This document shows, piece by piece, positions 1 to 9,074 of a DNA stretch of 26,863 nt. This stretch comes from a virus (lineage: Duplodnaviria; Caudoviricetes), in the IMG/VR virus record IMGVR_UViG_3300006114_000054, positions 1 through 26,863 of that record; one strand, given 5' to 3'. The position numbers and the translations under genes were made by a program. The notes beneath the pieces are model-generated. The model was not told the DNA's origin. It saw nothing but the letters and a program-made list of their open reading frames with translations, and ran no database searches. Positions within the stretch are counted from its first letter, which is position 1. Each line of letters begins with the position of its first letter.

Positions 1-14
1 ACTTTTGCGGTCAT
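1..14 (-). CDS. 5' start of a divergent gene (MTAKV...), truncated by the window edge; product unknown
   Basis: The minus strand reads AGAGGA (30-25), a 10-nt spacer, then ATG ACC GCA AAA GT from position 14. It lies just downstream of a sigma70-type promoter. Only five codons are visible. Confidence 0.6.
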
Positions 15-38
15 CCTTTATCAGTCCTCTAATGTCTT

Positions 39-67
39 ATTATAAACTACGCACTTAATAAAGTCAA
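39..67 (-). promoter_or_regulatory. sigma70-type (early/host RNAP) promoter facing left
   Basis: Minus strand: TTGACT (67-62), 17-nt spacer (61-45), TATAAT (44-39). That is 11/12 consensus with optimal spacing, followed by an SD and ATG. Confidence 0.8.
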
Positions 68-74
68 ATAAATA
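67..74 (+). promoter_or_regulatory. T4-late-like promoter motif (AATAAATA; T4 consensus TATAAATA)
   Basis: ATAAATA at 68-74, 24 nt before the ATG at 99 and upstream of SD AAGGA (87-91). The same core recurs in the only other sizeable intergenic gap (5537-5543). Confidence 0.6.
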
Positions 75-98
75 ATATACCAAAACAAGGATATTATT

Positions 99-1100
99 AT
101 GGGATTACTAGATTCATTAAACGGCTCGGCTAATTTGCTGGGTGCCGGAGCAGGCGCTATTAATACGGCTAGTAATTTGGGTAGTGCGATAAGCTCAGCA
201 TATAATAGTAATGGTGGCGGAGATGTTATGTCTGCTATTCGCGCGGTAAATCTTCCAGCAGCCGGAGAAGCAGTTGGAGATATTATCAGCGCAGTTTCTA
301 GTTTCGGCGGAGATGCCAACGCTAATGACTGGCGTGTTAGATTAAGTCTAGCTAATTGGTCCAGTTTTAAAACAAGTCCTGTGTTAAAACCTTTGAAAGA
401 TGCAGGCGGTTTAATATTTCCTTACACTCCAAAAATTACTATGCAAAGTGCTGCCACTTATCAGCCTATTGATACTGTGCATACAAACTATCAATTCCAC
501 GCATTTAAAAATAGCGATCCAGGACATGTGCAGATTGAAGCTCCTATGTATGTAGAAGATTCTACACAAGGGTTATACTGTATTGCTATGATCCATTATT
601 TACGCAGCCTTACCAAAATGTTCGCAGGAAATGATCCTAAGGCAGGAAATCCTCCACCAGTTATTTTCTTAAATGCTTATGGAAATTATGTGTTTAAAAA
701 TGTCCCGGTAGTAGTTACAAAAATGACTTGGCAATTTCCTAATGATTGCGATTATATTGGTTGTAACGTAGTCGGTAGTGCCGCTGGAGAAGTACAAGGT
801 GTTGCAGACAGTATTGGCGGTTTAGCCAGTGTTGGAGCTGGACTGTTAGGAGGCGATAGTGCGTTAGGCGGAATATTAGGCGGAGTCAGTGCCATTGCTG
901 GAGGAGTTGGACAAGTAGCAGGTTTATTAGGTACATTTGGTATTGGCGGGACAACTAGCGGAGGAGTAGCGCATGTTCCAACAAAGAGTAGTCTTAGCGT
1001 AACATTACAACCTATCTATAGCAGAACTAGTGCTCGTAACTTTAGTCTTGATAGATTTGTTACTGGCGGCTATCTCAATAATAGTTTTGGATACATTTAA
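99..1100 (+). CDS. Baseplate/tail-tube initiator-like protein (gp48/gp54-like position), with Gly/Ala-rich insert
   Basis: 333-aa ORF with SD AAGGA. Motifs LIFPYTPKI, GNPPPVIFLNAYG-YVFKNVPVVV and VPT-S-LSVTLQP resemble tube-fold baseplate proteins. It lies directly upstream of a gp53/LysM-like gene, as in contractile tail operons. Confidence 0.6.
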   Translation: MGLLDSLNGSANLLGAGAGAINTASNLGSAISSAYNSNGGGDVMSAIRAVNLPAAGEAVGDIISAVSSFGGDANANDWRVRLSLANWSSFKTSPVLKPLKDAGGLIFPYTPKITMQSAATYQPIDTVHTNYQFHAFKNSDPGHVQIEAPMYVEDSTQGLYCIAMIHYLRSLTKMFAGNDPKAGNPPPVIFLNAYGNYVFKNVPVVVTKMTWQFPNDCDYIGCNVVGSAAGEVQGVADSIGGLASVGAGLLGGDSALGGILGGVSAIAGGVGQVAGLLGTFGIGGTTSGGVAHVPTKSSLSVTLQPIYSRTSARNFSLDRFVTGGYLNNSFGYI

Positions 1101-1102
1101 TC

Positions 1103-1402
1103 ATGGCTACATATAGTAATACAAGTCCTTGGTACAAAACAAAGATAAAAAACAATTATCTTGATGTACTAACTATCAGACCTGTTAGTGCTGATGCGGA
1201 CGATTTCCTTTATACTATTGAACCGCAATATACTTACCGACCTGATTTGTTAGCCTATGACTTGTATGGAGAAGTTAACCTTTGGTGGGTGTTTATGCAA
1301 CGTAATTTAGATGTTATACAAGATCCTATATTAGATTTTGTTCCAGGAACTCAAATATACATACCCAAAGGTAGCGGACTAAAAACTGTTTTAGGACTAT
1401 AA
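1103..1402 (+). CDS. gp53: Baseplate wedge protein, T4 gp53-like / LysM-like
   Basis: 99 aa containing YTI...RPDLLAYDLYG..NLWWVF..RN...DP..DF.PG..IYIP, the LysM-like signature of gp53/P2 gpX-type proteins. Synteny with hub, spike and gp25 agrees. Confidence 0.78.
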   Translation: MATYSNTSPWYKTKIKNNYLDVLTIRPVSADADDFLYTIEPQYTYRPDLLAYDLYGEVNLWWVFMQRNLDVIQDPILDFVPGTQIYIPKGSGLKTVLGL

Positions 1403-1403
1403 T

Positions 1404-3659
1404 ATGAGTTTTGACTCACTGCCAGGTATAATAGATTCAGCAACACAAACCACAACTGCGGTTAGTAATGCCGCATCTCAATTTTTATCATCAGGTCCTG
1501 CAAGCGGATTAACGTCTGCGTTTAGTAGTGTATCTGGTTTGCTATCAGGCATTAGTGGATTCTTTAAAGGATTAAGTCCTGGCCAAAAATTGCCATTACC
1601 TAATCCACTGTTTGCTTATGCAAGTTATACCTATGTATTAGGTATAGGATGTCTTACAGAAAACGATTTAAATTATCCAGATAAAACTTATAAAGCCGGC
1701 GGAAAAATTCCTTTAATTTGTAAAGATGCCAATGCTGATCCTAATAATCGAGTTAACACAGTCTATGGCAAATTTGATTTTTTTATTAACAATCTAGAAT
1801 TATATAGTGTTGTTGGCTTTGAACAAGGCGGCGGCAATACTAATGTAATGAACTTTACATTTGATATCATAGAACCTTACAGTATGGGGTTGTTTATTAT
1901 TGCATGTCAGCAACTAGCACAAAAACAAGGTTGGGATAATTGGCGTGAAGCACCATTTGTCCTTACAATAGATTTTAGAGGTAATACTGAAAACGGACAA
2001 ATAAAAAATATTCCTAACACCGGCAGACAAATACCTTTTAGCTTTGTTGATTTAAGTATGACTGCTACTGAAAAAGGTAGTGTTTATAAATGTTCAGCTA
2101 TGCCATGGAATCAACTTGCTTTAACAGATGATATTGCAGATACAAAAAGTGATTCATCGGCTGTAGGATCAACTGTTCAAGAAATACTACAGTCAGGCGA
2201 AAACAGTTTACAAAAAGCCTTAAATGCCAGAATGAAAGAAATGGAAAAACAAGGTATTGTAGATCAAGCTGATGAATATTTAATTTTATTTCCACAAAAT
2301 ACAGCTAGTTCAGCAGATGCTAGTCAAAGTTCTGATACAACTGAAGATTCTAGTTCTGCTACTGAATCATCTAATAGTTCGGGCGGTGGCGGCATTTACG
2401 ATACACTAGGTGTTGCTAGAAGTAAGACTAATCAAACACTAGTTCAAAATCCAGGTGATTGTAATCTTATTGGACAAGCTAGTTTAGGATTTGATGAAAA
2501 GCGTAAAGGAGATCCTGCCTTTGGTAAAGATCAACAATTATACGATACTAAAACTGGCACATTTAATACTGGAAAATTTAAATTTGATAAAACATCGACA
2601 GAAATGCGTTTTACACAAAATACCAGTATTCCGCAAGCAATCAACCAAGTTATATTACAAAGTGATTTTGTTAGTGACACATTAGATAGCAGTAAAATAA
2701 GTCCCGAGGGTTATAGAGATTGGTATAGAATAGCTACCAAAGTATATACTACTGGTGACACACAAAAAAACACAGGTATTAAGCCTCGATTGATTGTTTA
2801 TCAAGTTGTTCCATATAAGGCACATAACAGTAGACAACTACCTGCAGGCGTTAAAGGCTTGGGTTTCGACAGTCTCGCAGATCAGGCAGTAAAAAAATAT
2901 GAATACATTTATACTGGGCACAATGTAGATATTATTAATTTTAAAATTGAAATTCAAAATGGATTTGTTTATATTATGGGTGCAGATGGTTTAGCTGAAA
3001 CTCAAGATAAAGTTACAGCTAACCAGACAGGTAGTGAAGATCCTGAAAAAAATCAAAATCAAAAATACATGCCTGATGGAAAACAGCAAACTCCTACACC
3101 AGGATTTATGCCTACAATTTTAAAATGGGTTAACACACTAACAGGCAATGACAGAGGCGGCGGTGGCGGTGCTGAAGGTCAAGCGCAACGTGCAGGTAAG
3201 TTGTTTAACCTAGCTCTTAATAATCCGTTTGATATGTACAATCTTGAAATGACAATTATTGGAGATCCATATTATATCACACAAAGCGGAACAGGAAATT
3301 ATACCAGCGAAGCGGCCACACATAATTTAAACACAGATGGAACTGTAAATTATGAAAGTGGTGAAGTTGACATTATAATTAATTTTAGAACTCCTATCGA
3401 TCTTAATCAAAGTACAGGATTGTATAATTTTGGCGGTGCTAGTAAAAGCGCACCAGTTATGCAATTTAGCGGACTATATTGTATACAAACAATTAAAAGC
3501 CATTTTGCAGACGGTAAATTTACACAAACATTATCTGGATTTAGACGACCAACGCAAGAATACCTAGACGAGTCAACATTAGCTGATATGCCATCGACAA
3601 AAGGTAAAGTAACCGAAACTCCTAATACAGATTCAGATGCAGAGCAAACAGGAACATAA
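1404..3659 (+). CDS. Baseplate hub protein (T4 gp27 / VgrG N-terminal-like), enlarged
   Basis: 751 aa with SD AGGA (1393-1396). The C-terminal IIGDP...SGLYCIQTIKSHFADGKFTQTL pattern is typical of hub proteins. It sits immediately before the spike gene (TAATG overlap). Confidence 0.65.
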   Translation: MSFDSLPGIIDSATQTTTAVSNAASQFLSSGPASGLTSAFSSVSGLLSGISGFFKGLSPGQKLPLPNPLFAYASYTYVLGIGCLTENDLNYPDKTYKAGGKIPLICKDANADPNNRVNTVYGKFDFFINNLELYSVVGFEQGGGNTNVMNFTFDIIEPYSMGLFIIACQQLAQKQGWDNWREAPFVLTIDFRGNTENGQIKNIPNTGRQIPFSFVDLSMTATEKGSVYKCSAMPWNQLALTDDIADTKSDSSAVGSTVQEILQSGENSLQKALNARMKEMEKQGIVDQADEYLILFPQNTASSADASQSSDTTEDSSSATESSNSSGGGGIYDTLGVARSKTNQTLVQNPGDCNLIGQASLGFDEKRKGDPAFGKDQQLYDTKTGTFNTGKFKFDKTSTEMRFTQNTSIPQAINQVILQSDFVSDTLDSSKISPEGYRDWYRIATKVYTTGDTQKNTGIKPRLIVYQVVPYKAHNSRQLPAGVKGLGFDSLADQAVKKYEYIYTGHNVDIINFKIEIQNGFVYIMGADGLAETQDKVTANQTGSEDPEKNQNQKYMPDGKQQTPTPGFMPTILKWVNTLTGNDRGGGGGAEGQAQRAGKLFNLALNNPFDMYNLEMTIIGDPYYITQSGTGNYTSEAATHNLNTDGTVNYESGEVDIIINFRTPIDLNQSTGLYNFGGASKSAPVMQFSGLYCIQTIKSHFADGKFTQTLSGFRRPTQEYLDESTLADMPSTKGKVTETPNTDSDAEQTGT

Positions 3660-5077
3660 TGTCAAACGATCAAACAAGAATTAGTGCTAAAGGTACCGAA
3701 CCACGTCCAGGACCTTTTTTAGCTAGAGTGATCAGTCACTTAGACAGTACTGCTATGGGCATGTTGCAAGTGGAAATTTTAAGACCTACAGGTAACACAG
3801 GCGATTCTGGACAACTACACCAAGTAAAATATATGAGTCCTTTTTATGGTGTAACTAGTGCTGATTTTGTAAGACAAGATCCTGACAATTATGGTAACAC
3901 TCAAAAAAGTTATGGTATATGGGCAGTTCCTCCGGATGTTGGTACAACTGTAGTTGTTATTTTTATTGACGGAGATCCTAAGAGAGGATACTGGATAGGG
4001 TGTGTGCAAGATGAAGGAATGAATTTTATGATTCCTGGAATTGCCTCAACAGAAAATAATGTAGAAGGCGAAGGCAGATTGCCAGTAGCAGAATATAATA
4101 AAAAAGTAAATGACGGAAGTCCTTCAGATTCTACTAAAAATAAAAAACCTCTACACCCTTTAGCAGATGCGTTAAAAACACAAGGGTTAGATAACGACGA
4201 TATCAGAGGATTAACTACTAGTAGTGCTAGAAGAGAAGTGCCAAGTATGGTGTTTGGATGGAGTACCCCAGGGCCTGTAGATAAAAGATCAGGCGCACCA
4301 AGAGGCGCTATTGGCAAAGAAGATTATAAAATACCAAATGCTTTTGTAAGTCGTTTAGGTGGAAGTACATTTGTCATGGATGACGGGGATGATAAATTTT
4401 TACGTAAAACAAAAGCCGGAGATGGCCCTCCAGAATACGCAAGTGTACTGGGCGGAGAAACAGACGGTGATCCTACAATTCCACATAATGAATTAATTAG
4501 AATTCGAACAAGAACAGGGCATCAAATACTTTTACACAATAGCGAAGATTTAATTTATATTACTAATAGCAGAGGAACTTCTTGGATAGAATTAACTAGT
4601 AATGGAAAAATTGATATCTATGCACAAGATAGTATCAGTGTGCATACTGAAAACGATATAAATTTTACAGCTGATAGAGATATAAATTTTACAGCAGGCG
4701 CTAATGTTAATATTAATGCCGGAACAAATATAAACCAACAAGCAGGATCTGCATGGAATTCAACATCGGGTACTACTAGCAAAATAACAGCTGGCGGAGA
4801 TACTCATATTATGGCAGCCAATACTGCTATAGACGGCGGTAATATTAATTTTAATTCAGGTGTTGCAACATCAGCCGATACAACTCCTAAAGCAGGAAGA
4901 ATTCCACAAACCGAGCCCTGGGCCGGCCACGAAAATTTAGATCCTGCACAATTTACTTCAGACAAAACACAAGCATCGGAAGATGTATCGGAGCCCAGCA
5001 CAACTGCATTTAACAAATACACAACAGCAACTGATACTTTTAATAAAGTACAAGGTTCACAAGAGGAGCAACAATAA
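3659..5077 (+). CDS. gp5: Baseplate central spike, T4 gp5-like (OB-fold + beta-helix; no lysozyme domain seen)
   Basis: OB-fold motifs ARVISHLD...G.LQV and PPDVGTTVVVIF.DGDP..GYWIG are followed by RTRTGHQILL, SWIELT.NGKIDI and 8-residue repeats (DINFTADR DINFTAGA NVNINAGT NINQQAGS). Confidence 0.85.
   Translation: MSNDQTRISAKGTEPRPGPFLARVISHLDSTAMGMLQVEILRPTGNTGDSGQLHQVKYMSPFYGVTSADFVRQDPDNYGNTQKSYGIWAVPPDVGTTVVVIFIDGDPKRGYWIGCVQDEGMNFMIPGIASTENNVEGEGRLPVAEYNKKVNDGSPSDSTKNKKPLHPLADALKTQGLDNDDIRGLTTSSARREVPSMVFGWSTPGPVDKRSGAPRGAIGKEDYKIPNAFVSRLGGSTFVMDDGDDKFLRKTKAGDGPPEYASVLGGETDGDPTIPHNELIRIRTRTGHQILLHNSEDLIYITNSRGTSWIELTSNGKIDIYAQDSISVHTENDINFTADRDINFTAGANVNINAGTNINQQAGSAWNSTSGTTSKITAGGDTHIMAANTAIDGGNINFNSGVATSADTTPKAGRIPQTEPWAGHENLDPAQFTSDKTQASEDVSEPSTTAFNKYTTATDTFNKVQGSQEEQQ
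4655..4695 (+). repeat. Tandem coding repeat, 24-nt period (octapeptide of the spike beta-helix)
   Basis: GATATAAATTTTACAGC occurs exactly at 4655-4671 and 4679-4695. Confidence 0.9.
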
Positions 5078-5511
5078 TGGCTACAAACTTATATGACAAA
5101 ATAATACTTCCTGCTCGCCCAAATCCTACTAATGCTCCTCCACAAATGTACAAAGGTTTTAGTACAATAAATTCATCTACACAAAATTTTATTTTATACG
5201 ATTTTGAACTTATTAAACAAGATTTACTTAATAATTTTAATATTAGAAAAGGCGAACGTTTAATGCAACCTAGCTATGGTTGCATTATATGGGAAATGTT
5301 ATTCGAACCGTTAACAGAACAAGTAAAAGATTTGATTATACAAAACGTAAATGAAATTTTAAATTACGATCCCCGAATACAAGCTGGGAATATTGTTATA
5401 ACACCATACGACACTGGCATACAGATTGAATGTGTAATAACCTATTTGCCTTATAATATTAGCCAGGATCTACAATTACGCTTTGACCAAGCTAACGGGC
5501 TGATTAGCTGA
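5077..5511 (+). CDS. gp25: Baseplate wedge / sheath initiator, T4 gp25-like (GPW_gp25)
   Basis: 144 aa with SD GAGGAG (5063-5068) and a TAATG overlap. Motifs LIKQDLLN.FN.RKGER.MQP.YGC.IW..LFEP and YDPRI are present. Confidence 0.9.
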   Translation: MATNLYDKIILPARPNPTNAPPQMYKGFSTINSSTQNFILYDFELIKQDLLNNFNIRKGERLMQPSYGCIIWEMLFEPLTEQVKDLIIQNVNEILNYDPRIQAGNIVITPYDTGIQIECVITYLPYNISQDLQLRFDQANGLIS

Positions 5512-5535
5512 TAAAATACCCACATAATTCCATTC

Positions 5536-5555
5536 GATAAATACACTTATTAGGA
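5536..5555 (+). promoter_or_regulatory. Internal T4-late-like promoter motif (GATAAATA) plus SD for gp6
   Basis: ATAAATA at 5537-5543 lies in a 50-nt intergenic gap, with AGGA at 5552-5555 and ATG at 5562. Confidence 0.6.
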
Positions 5556-5561
5556 CTAATT

Positions 5562-8500
5562 ATGAGCTCAACGGATAGACAAAATAACCTGTTAGTCAGC
5601 GAAGACTGGCAGAAAATTTATCAATCATTTAAGAACGCTGATTTCCAAAGTTACGACTTTGATAACTTACGTCGTACAATGATTGACTATATCCGTACTA
5701 ATTTTCCAGAAGATTTTAACGATTACATTGAATCCAGCGAATACCTCGCCCTTATCGATCTTATTGCCTTCGTGGGCCAAAGCATAGCTTTCCGTGTTGA
5801 TTTAAATGCTCGTGAAAACTTTTTAGAACTAGCAGAACGTAGAGATAGTGTGCTAAGACTAGCACGAATGATTAATTATAATGCTAGTAGAAACATAGCT
5901 GCCACAGGTTTGCTAAAATTTAGCACAGTTCAAACTACAGAAAATGTATTAGATAGCAACGGCATTAATATGAGTGGCCAAGTAATTACTTGGAATGATC
6001 CAAGTAACAGTAACTGGTATGATCAATTTATTAAAGTTATCAATGCGGCTTTACCTACAACTCAACAGTTTGGCAATCCAATAGATCAAGCTAACATATA
6101 CGGCATACCTACTGGACAATATCGTTTTAACGCTAGAAATACAAACGTTCCTGTTTTTAGTTTTAGTAAAAACGTTGCTGGTCGTACAATGAATTTTGAA
6201 ATTACTAGTACTACAATTTCTGGCGGTGAAGTAATTTACGAAGAACCTCCAAAAGTTGGAAATCATATGTCTTTTATTTTTAAAGATGATGGTTATGGAG
6301 CTGGTAGTAGCAACACAGGATTCTTTTTAAATTTTACACAAGGCAATTTAAATCAAGGAACATTTACAGTTACCCAACCAAGTAGTAATCAAACTATTGA
6401 TATTAACACACAAAATATCAATAATACAGATGTATGGTTATACAGCCTAGATCAAAGTACTGGTCTTGAAAATACACTTTGGACACAAGTTCCTGCTACA
6501 ACTGGTAATAATATAATTTATAATAGCCTAAGCAATAGTATTAAAACAATTTACAATGTAATTACTAGAGCAGGTGATGCAGTTAGTTTAAGTTTTGCAG
6601 ATGGAACATTTGGTAGTTTACCATTAGGAAATTTTAGATCTTACTATAGAGTTAGTAATGGTTTAACATATACAATAAATCCTAGCGATATTTTAAATGT
6701 AGCAATTAGTATTCCATATACAAGTAGCCAAGGACAAGCAGAAACATTGACTATAACTTTAAGTTTGGCATCAACTGTTTCAAATGCATCAGCAACAGAA
6801 ACAAATGCTAGTATTAAAGCCAATGCTCCTCAAACTTACTATACACAAAACCGTATGGTTACCGGAGAAGATTATAATATTAGTCCATTAGGCGTTACAC
6901 ATAAAATTGCCAAAGTAAAAAGTATTAATAGAACAAGTAGCGGCATTAGTCGTTATTTCGATTTAACTGATCCCACTGGCAAATACAGCAGTACAAATTT
7001 ATTTGCTGATGATGGAATTTTATATCAAGAAATTTACACTTCTGCAACAAATTTTTCTTATGTAACTAAAACTGATGTAGAAGGAATTATATACAATACA
7101 GTTTTTCCTATTTTAGATGATCCTAACTTACGTAATTTTTATTATGCAAATTACATAAATTATATTTCTGAAAGTTTAAGTATTCAGTGGGCTAATGTAA
7201 CTACAGACAGTAACAGTTCAACAGGATTCGTTACTGATACTACAGCTTTACCTAAAAAATTAGCTAGCTATACCAGTACTGATTTAAAATATTTTACATC
7301 AGGGTCGTTAATTAAATTTATTGCTCCAACAATACGAGGAGTAACATATTATTTTGATACAACAAATCAAAACAATCTAGTAGCAGTTCCTGCATTGGGA
7401 TTATTGCCTGCTGGAGGTGTAAGTTATTTGTGGGCGCAGGTTGTATCTATTGTGGGCGATGGTCTTGGGGATAATGATAATAACACAGGAACAACTACAG
7501 TTAATGGCGGGTTATTCGGAGTTGTAACATTAAATCAGATTGTACCATCAAATGCTGTTATTAGTCAAATTATTCCTCAATTTAATTTAACTATTGGATC
7601 TAGTGTTATTACAACAATGATAGATTTGATTTTTAATAATACGCCTTTTGGACTACGTTACGGATATGATTCATTAGCCGGAATGATGGACTGGCAAATT
7701 ATATTTGAAACAAATTTAAACACTACTATGAGTTTTAGTTTAGGTAATCAAGGCGATACTACAAATACACAACAAGATTCTAGTTGGATGTTATTGTTTA
7801 CCACGGATAATCAATTTTATACTATTACCACACGACTAATGAGATATGTGTTTGAAAGTGATCAAGAAGTTACATTTTATTTTGACGATGCTGTAAAAGT
7901 TTATGATACAGTTTCTAGTGCCACCATATTAGACAATTTAAAAATATTAAGCATTAATACACAACCTACATCGACTTACCCATTTACTACAGATTTTAAT
8001 TGGCAAATTACTAATTCTTATACTGGATTAGATGGATATATTGATCCTAGTAAAATTGTAATATCATTTGCAGACAGTATGAATAATGGTATTGTTGATA
8101 ATCCTCAATTATTTTTAGATATTGTTTCGCCGGACAATAAGACAACATACATTGTACAGGAAAAATATTTAATTAGTGCCGGACAAGAAGATTATAGATA
8201 TGTGTCTAATGCATCTGGTATAGTTAAAATATTGTCAACACAAAGTTCTGCTAGACCTTATACACAATGGAATGATGGACAGTATTTTTATTTTTTAGAT
8301 ACGCAAACTGTAATGCAATATAGTGCATCTAATGTTACCAGCCCACTAAATGCATCTTTAGATTATAAAGTTTATGTTGGCCGAGACAAATTAAAATTTC
8401 AATATACACACAATGCTGATTATGATAGCCGTATTGATCCGGGTGCAAGTAATATCATGGATGTGTATATTTTAACAACTGATTATGATACACAATTTAG

Positions 8501-9074
8501 ACAATGGTTAGCAGGAGCGAATGTAGCAGAACCGTTACCGCCAAGCAGTACTGAACTAAACAGTTTATTAAGTCCTGAATTGAATTTAATTAAATCTATT
8601 TCAGATGAAATTATCTATCATCCAGTGAGCTATTTGTTATTGTTTGGAAGTCAAGCTGATTTAAATTTACAAGCTACATTTAATGTAGTTAAAAATCCTG
8701 CAAGTACTGCCAGCGACAATGACGTTATTTCTAGAATTATTACAGCATTTAATAATTTCTTTGCATTAGAAAATTGGAATTTTGGTGACACATTTTATTT
8801 TACGGAATTATCTACATACGTGATTAATCAACTCACACCAGATATTACGAATTTTGTTATTGTTCCAAAACAAGGTAATTTATACTTTGGAGCATTATTT
8901 GAAATTAAATGTCCTAGCAATCAAATATTAATTAGTTGTGCAACTAGCGCAGACATTAATGTTGTATCAGGATTAACTAGTGATAATTCTCGAACAGTAA
9001 CAGGCAGTGGCTTAACTTCTTTAGTATCAAGTCAAAACATAACAAGTGCAACCTTTGGAGTAACTAATGGCTAA
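5562..9074 (+). CDS. gp6: Baseplate wedge subunit, T4 gp6-like (baseplate J family), enlarged
   Basis: 1170 aa. N-terminal YDFDNLR..MIDY...DFNDY..S....LIDLIA...ENFL..A.RR.SV, F.DG.FG..P and AP..Y.TQNRMVT.EDY motifs. It follows gp25. Confidence 0.88.
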   Translation: MSSTDRQNNLLVSEDWQKIYQSFKNADFQSYDFDNLRRTMIDYIRTNFPEDFNDYIESSEYLALIDLIAFVGQSIAFRVDLNARENFLELAERRDSVLRLARMINYNASRNIAATGLLKFSTVQTTENVLDSNGINMSGQVITWNDPSNSNWYDQFIKVINAALPTTQQFGNPIDQANIYGIPTGQYRFNARNTNVPVFSFSKNVAGRTMNFEITSTTISGGEVIYEEPPKVGNHMSFIFKDDGYGAGSSNTGFFLNFTQGNLNQGTFTVTQPSSNQTIDINTQNINNTDVWLYSLDQSTGLENTLWTQVPATTGNNIIYNSLSNSIKTIYNVITRAGDAVSLSFADGTFGSLPLGNFRSYYRVSNGLTYTINPSDILNVAISIPYTSSQGQAETLTITLSLASTVSNASATETNASIKANAPQTYYTQNRMVTGEDYNISPLGVTHKIAKVKSINRTSSGISRYFDLTDPTGKYSSTNLFADDGILYQEIYTSATNFSYVTKTDVEGIIYNTVFPILDDPNLRNFYYANYINYISESLSIQWANVTTDSNSSTGFVTDTTALPKKLASYTSTDLKYFTSGSLIKFIAPTIRGVTYYFDTTNQNNLVAVPALGLLPAGGVSYLWAQVVSIVGDGLGDNDNNTGTTTVNGGLFGVVTLNQIVPSNAVISQIIPQFNLTIGSSVITTMIDLIFNNTPFGLRYGYDSLAGMMDWQIIFETNLNTTMSFSLGNQGDTTNTQQDSSWMLLFTTDNQFYTITTRLMRYVFESDQEVTFYFDDAVKVYDTVSSATILDNLKILSINTQPTSTYPFTTDFNWQITNSYTGLDGYIDPSKIVISFADSMNNGIVDNPQLFLDIVSPDNKTTYIVQEKYLISAGQEDYRYVSNASGIVKILSTQSSARPYTQWNDGQYFYFLDTQTVMQYSASNVTSPLNASLDYKVYVGRDKLKFQYTHNADYDSRIDPGASNIMDVYILTTDYDTQFRQWLAGANVAEPLPPSSTELNSLLSPELNLIKSISDEIIYHPVSYLLLFGSQADLNLQATFNVVKNPASTASDNDVISRIITAFNNFFALENWNFGDTFYFTELSTYVINQLTPDITNFVIVPKQGNLYFGALFEIKCPSNQILISCATSADINVVSGLTSDNSRTVTGSGLTSLVSSQNITSATFGVTNG

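Noticed and set aside
41-48. TATAAACT as a + strand late promoter
   Set aside because: It has two mismatches to TATAAATA and is better explained as the reverse of the minus-strand TATAAT box. ATAAATA at 68-74 matches the motif seen again at 5537.
5077-5511. Lysozyme activity for gp25
   Set aside because: The 'gp25 lysozyme' label is a legacy annotation. The family is a structural sheath initiator, and no catalytic motif is evident.
99-9074. Bacterial eCIS/T6SS/tailocin locus
   Set aside because: The genes are T4-type (gp53, gp6, gp9/10 head) with late-promoter-like motifs and a giant wedge protein. No T6SS membrane complex, AAA ATPase, effector or host gene is in view, so a phage baseplate operon fits better.
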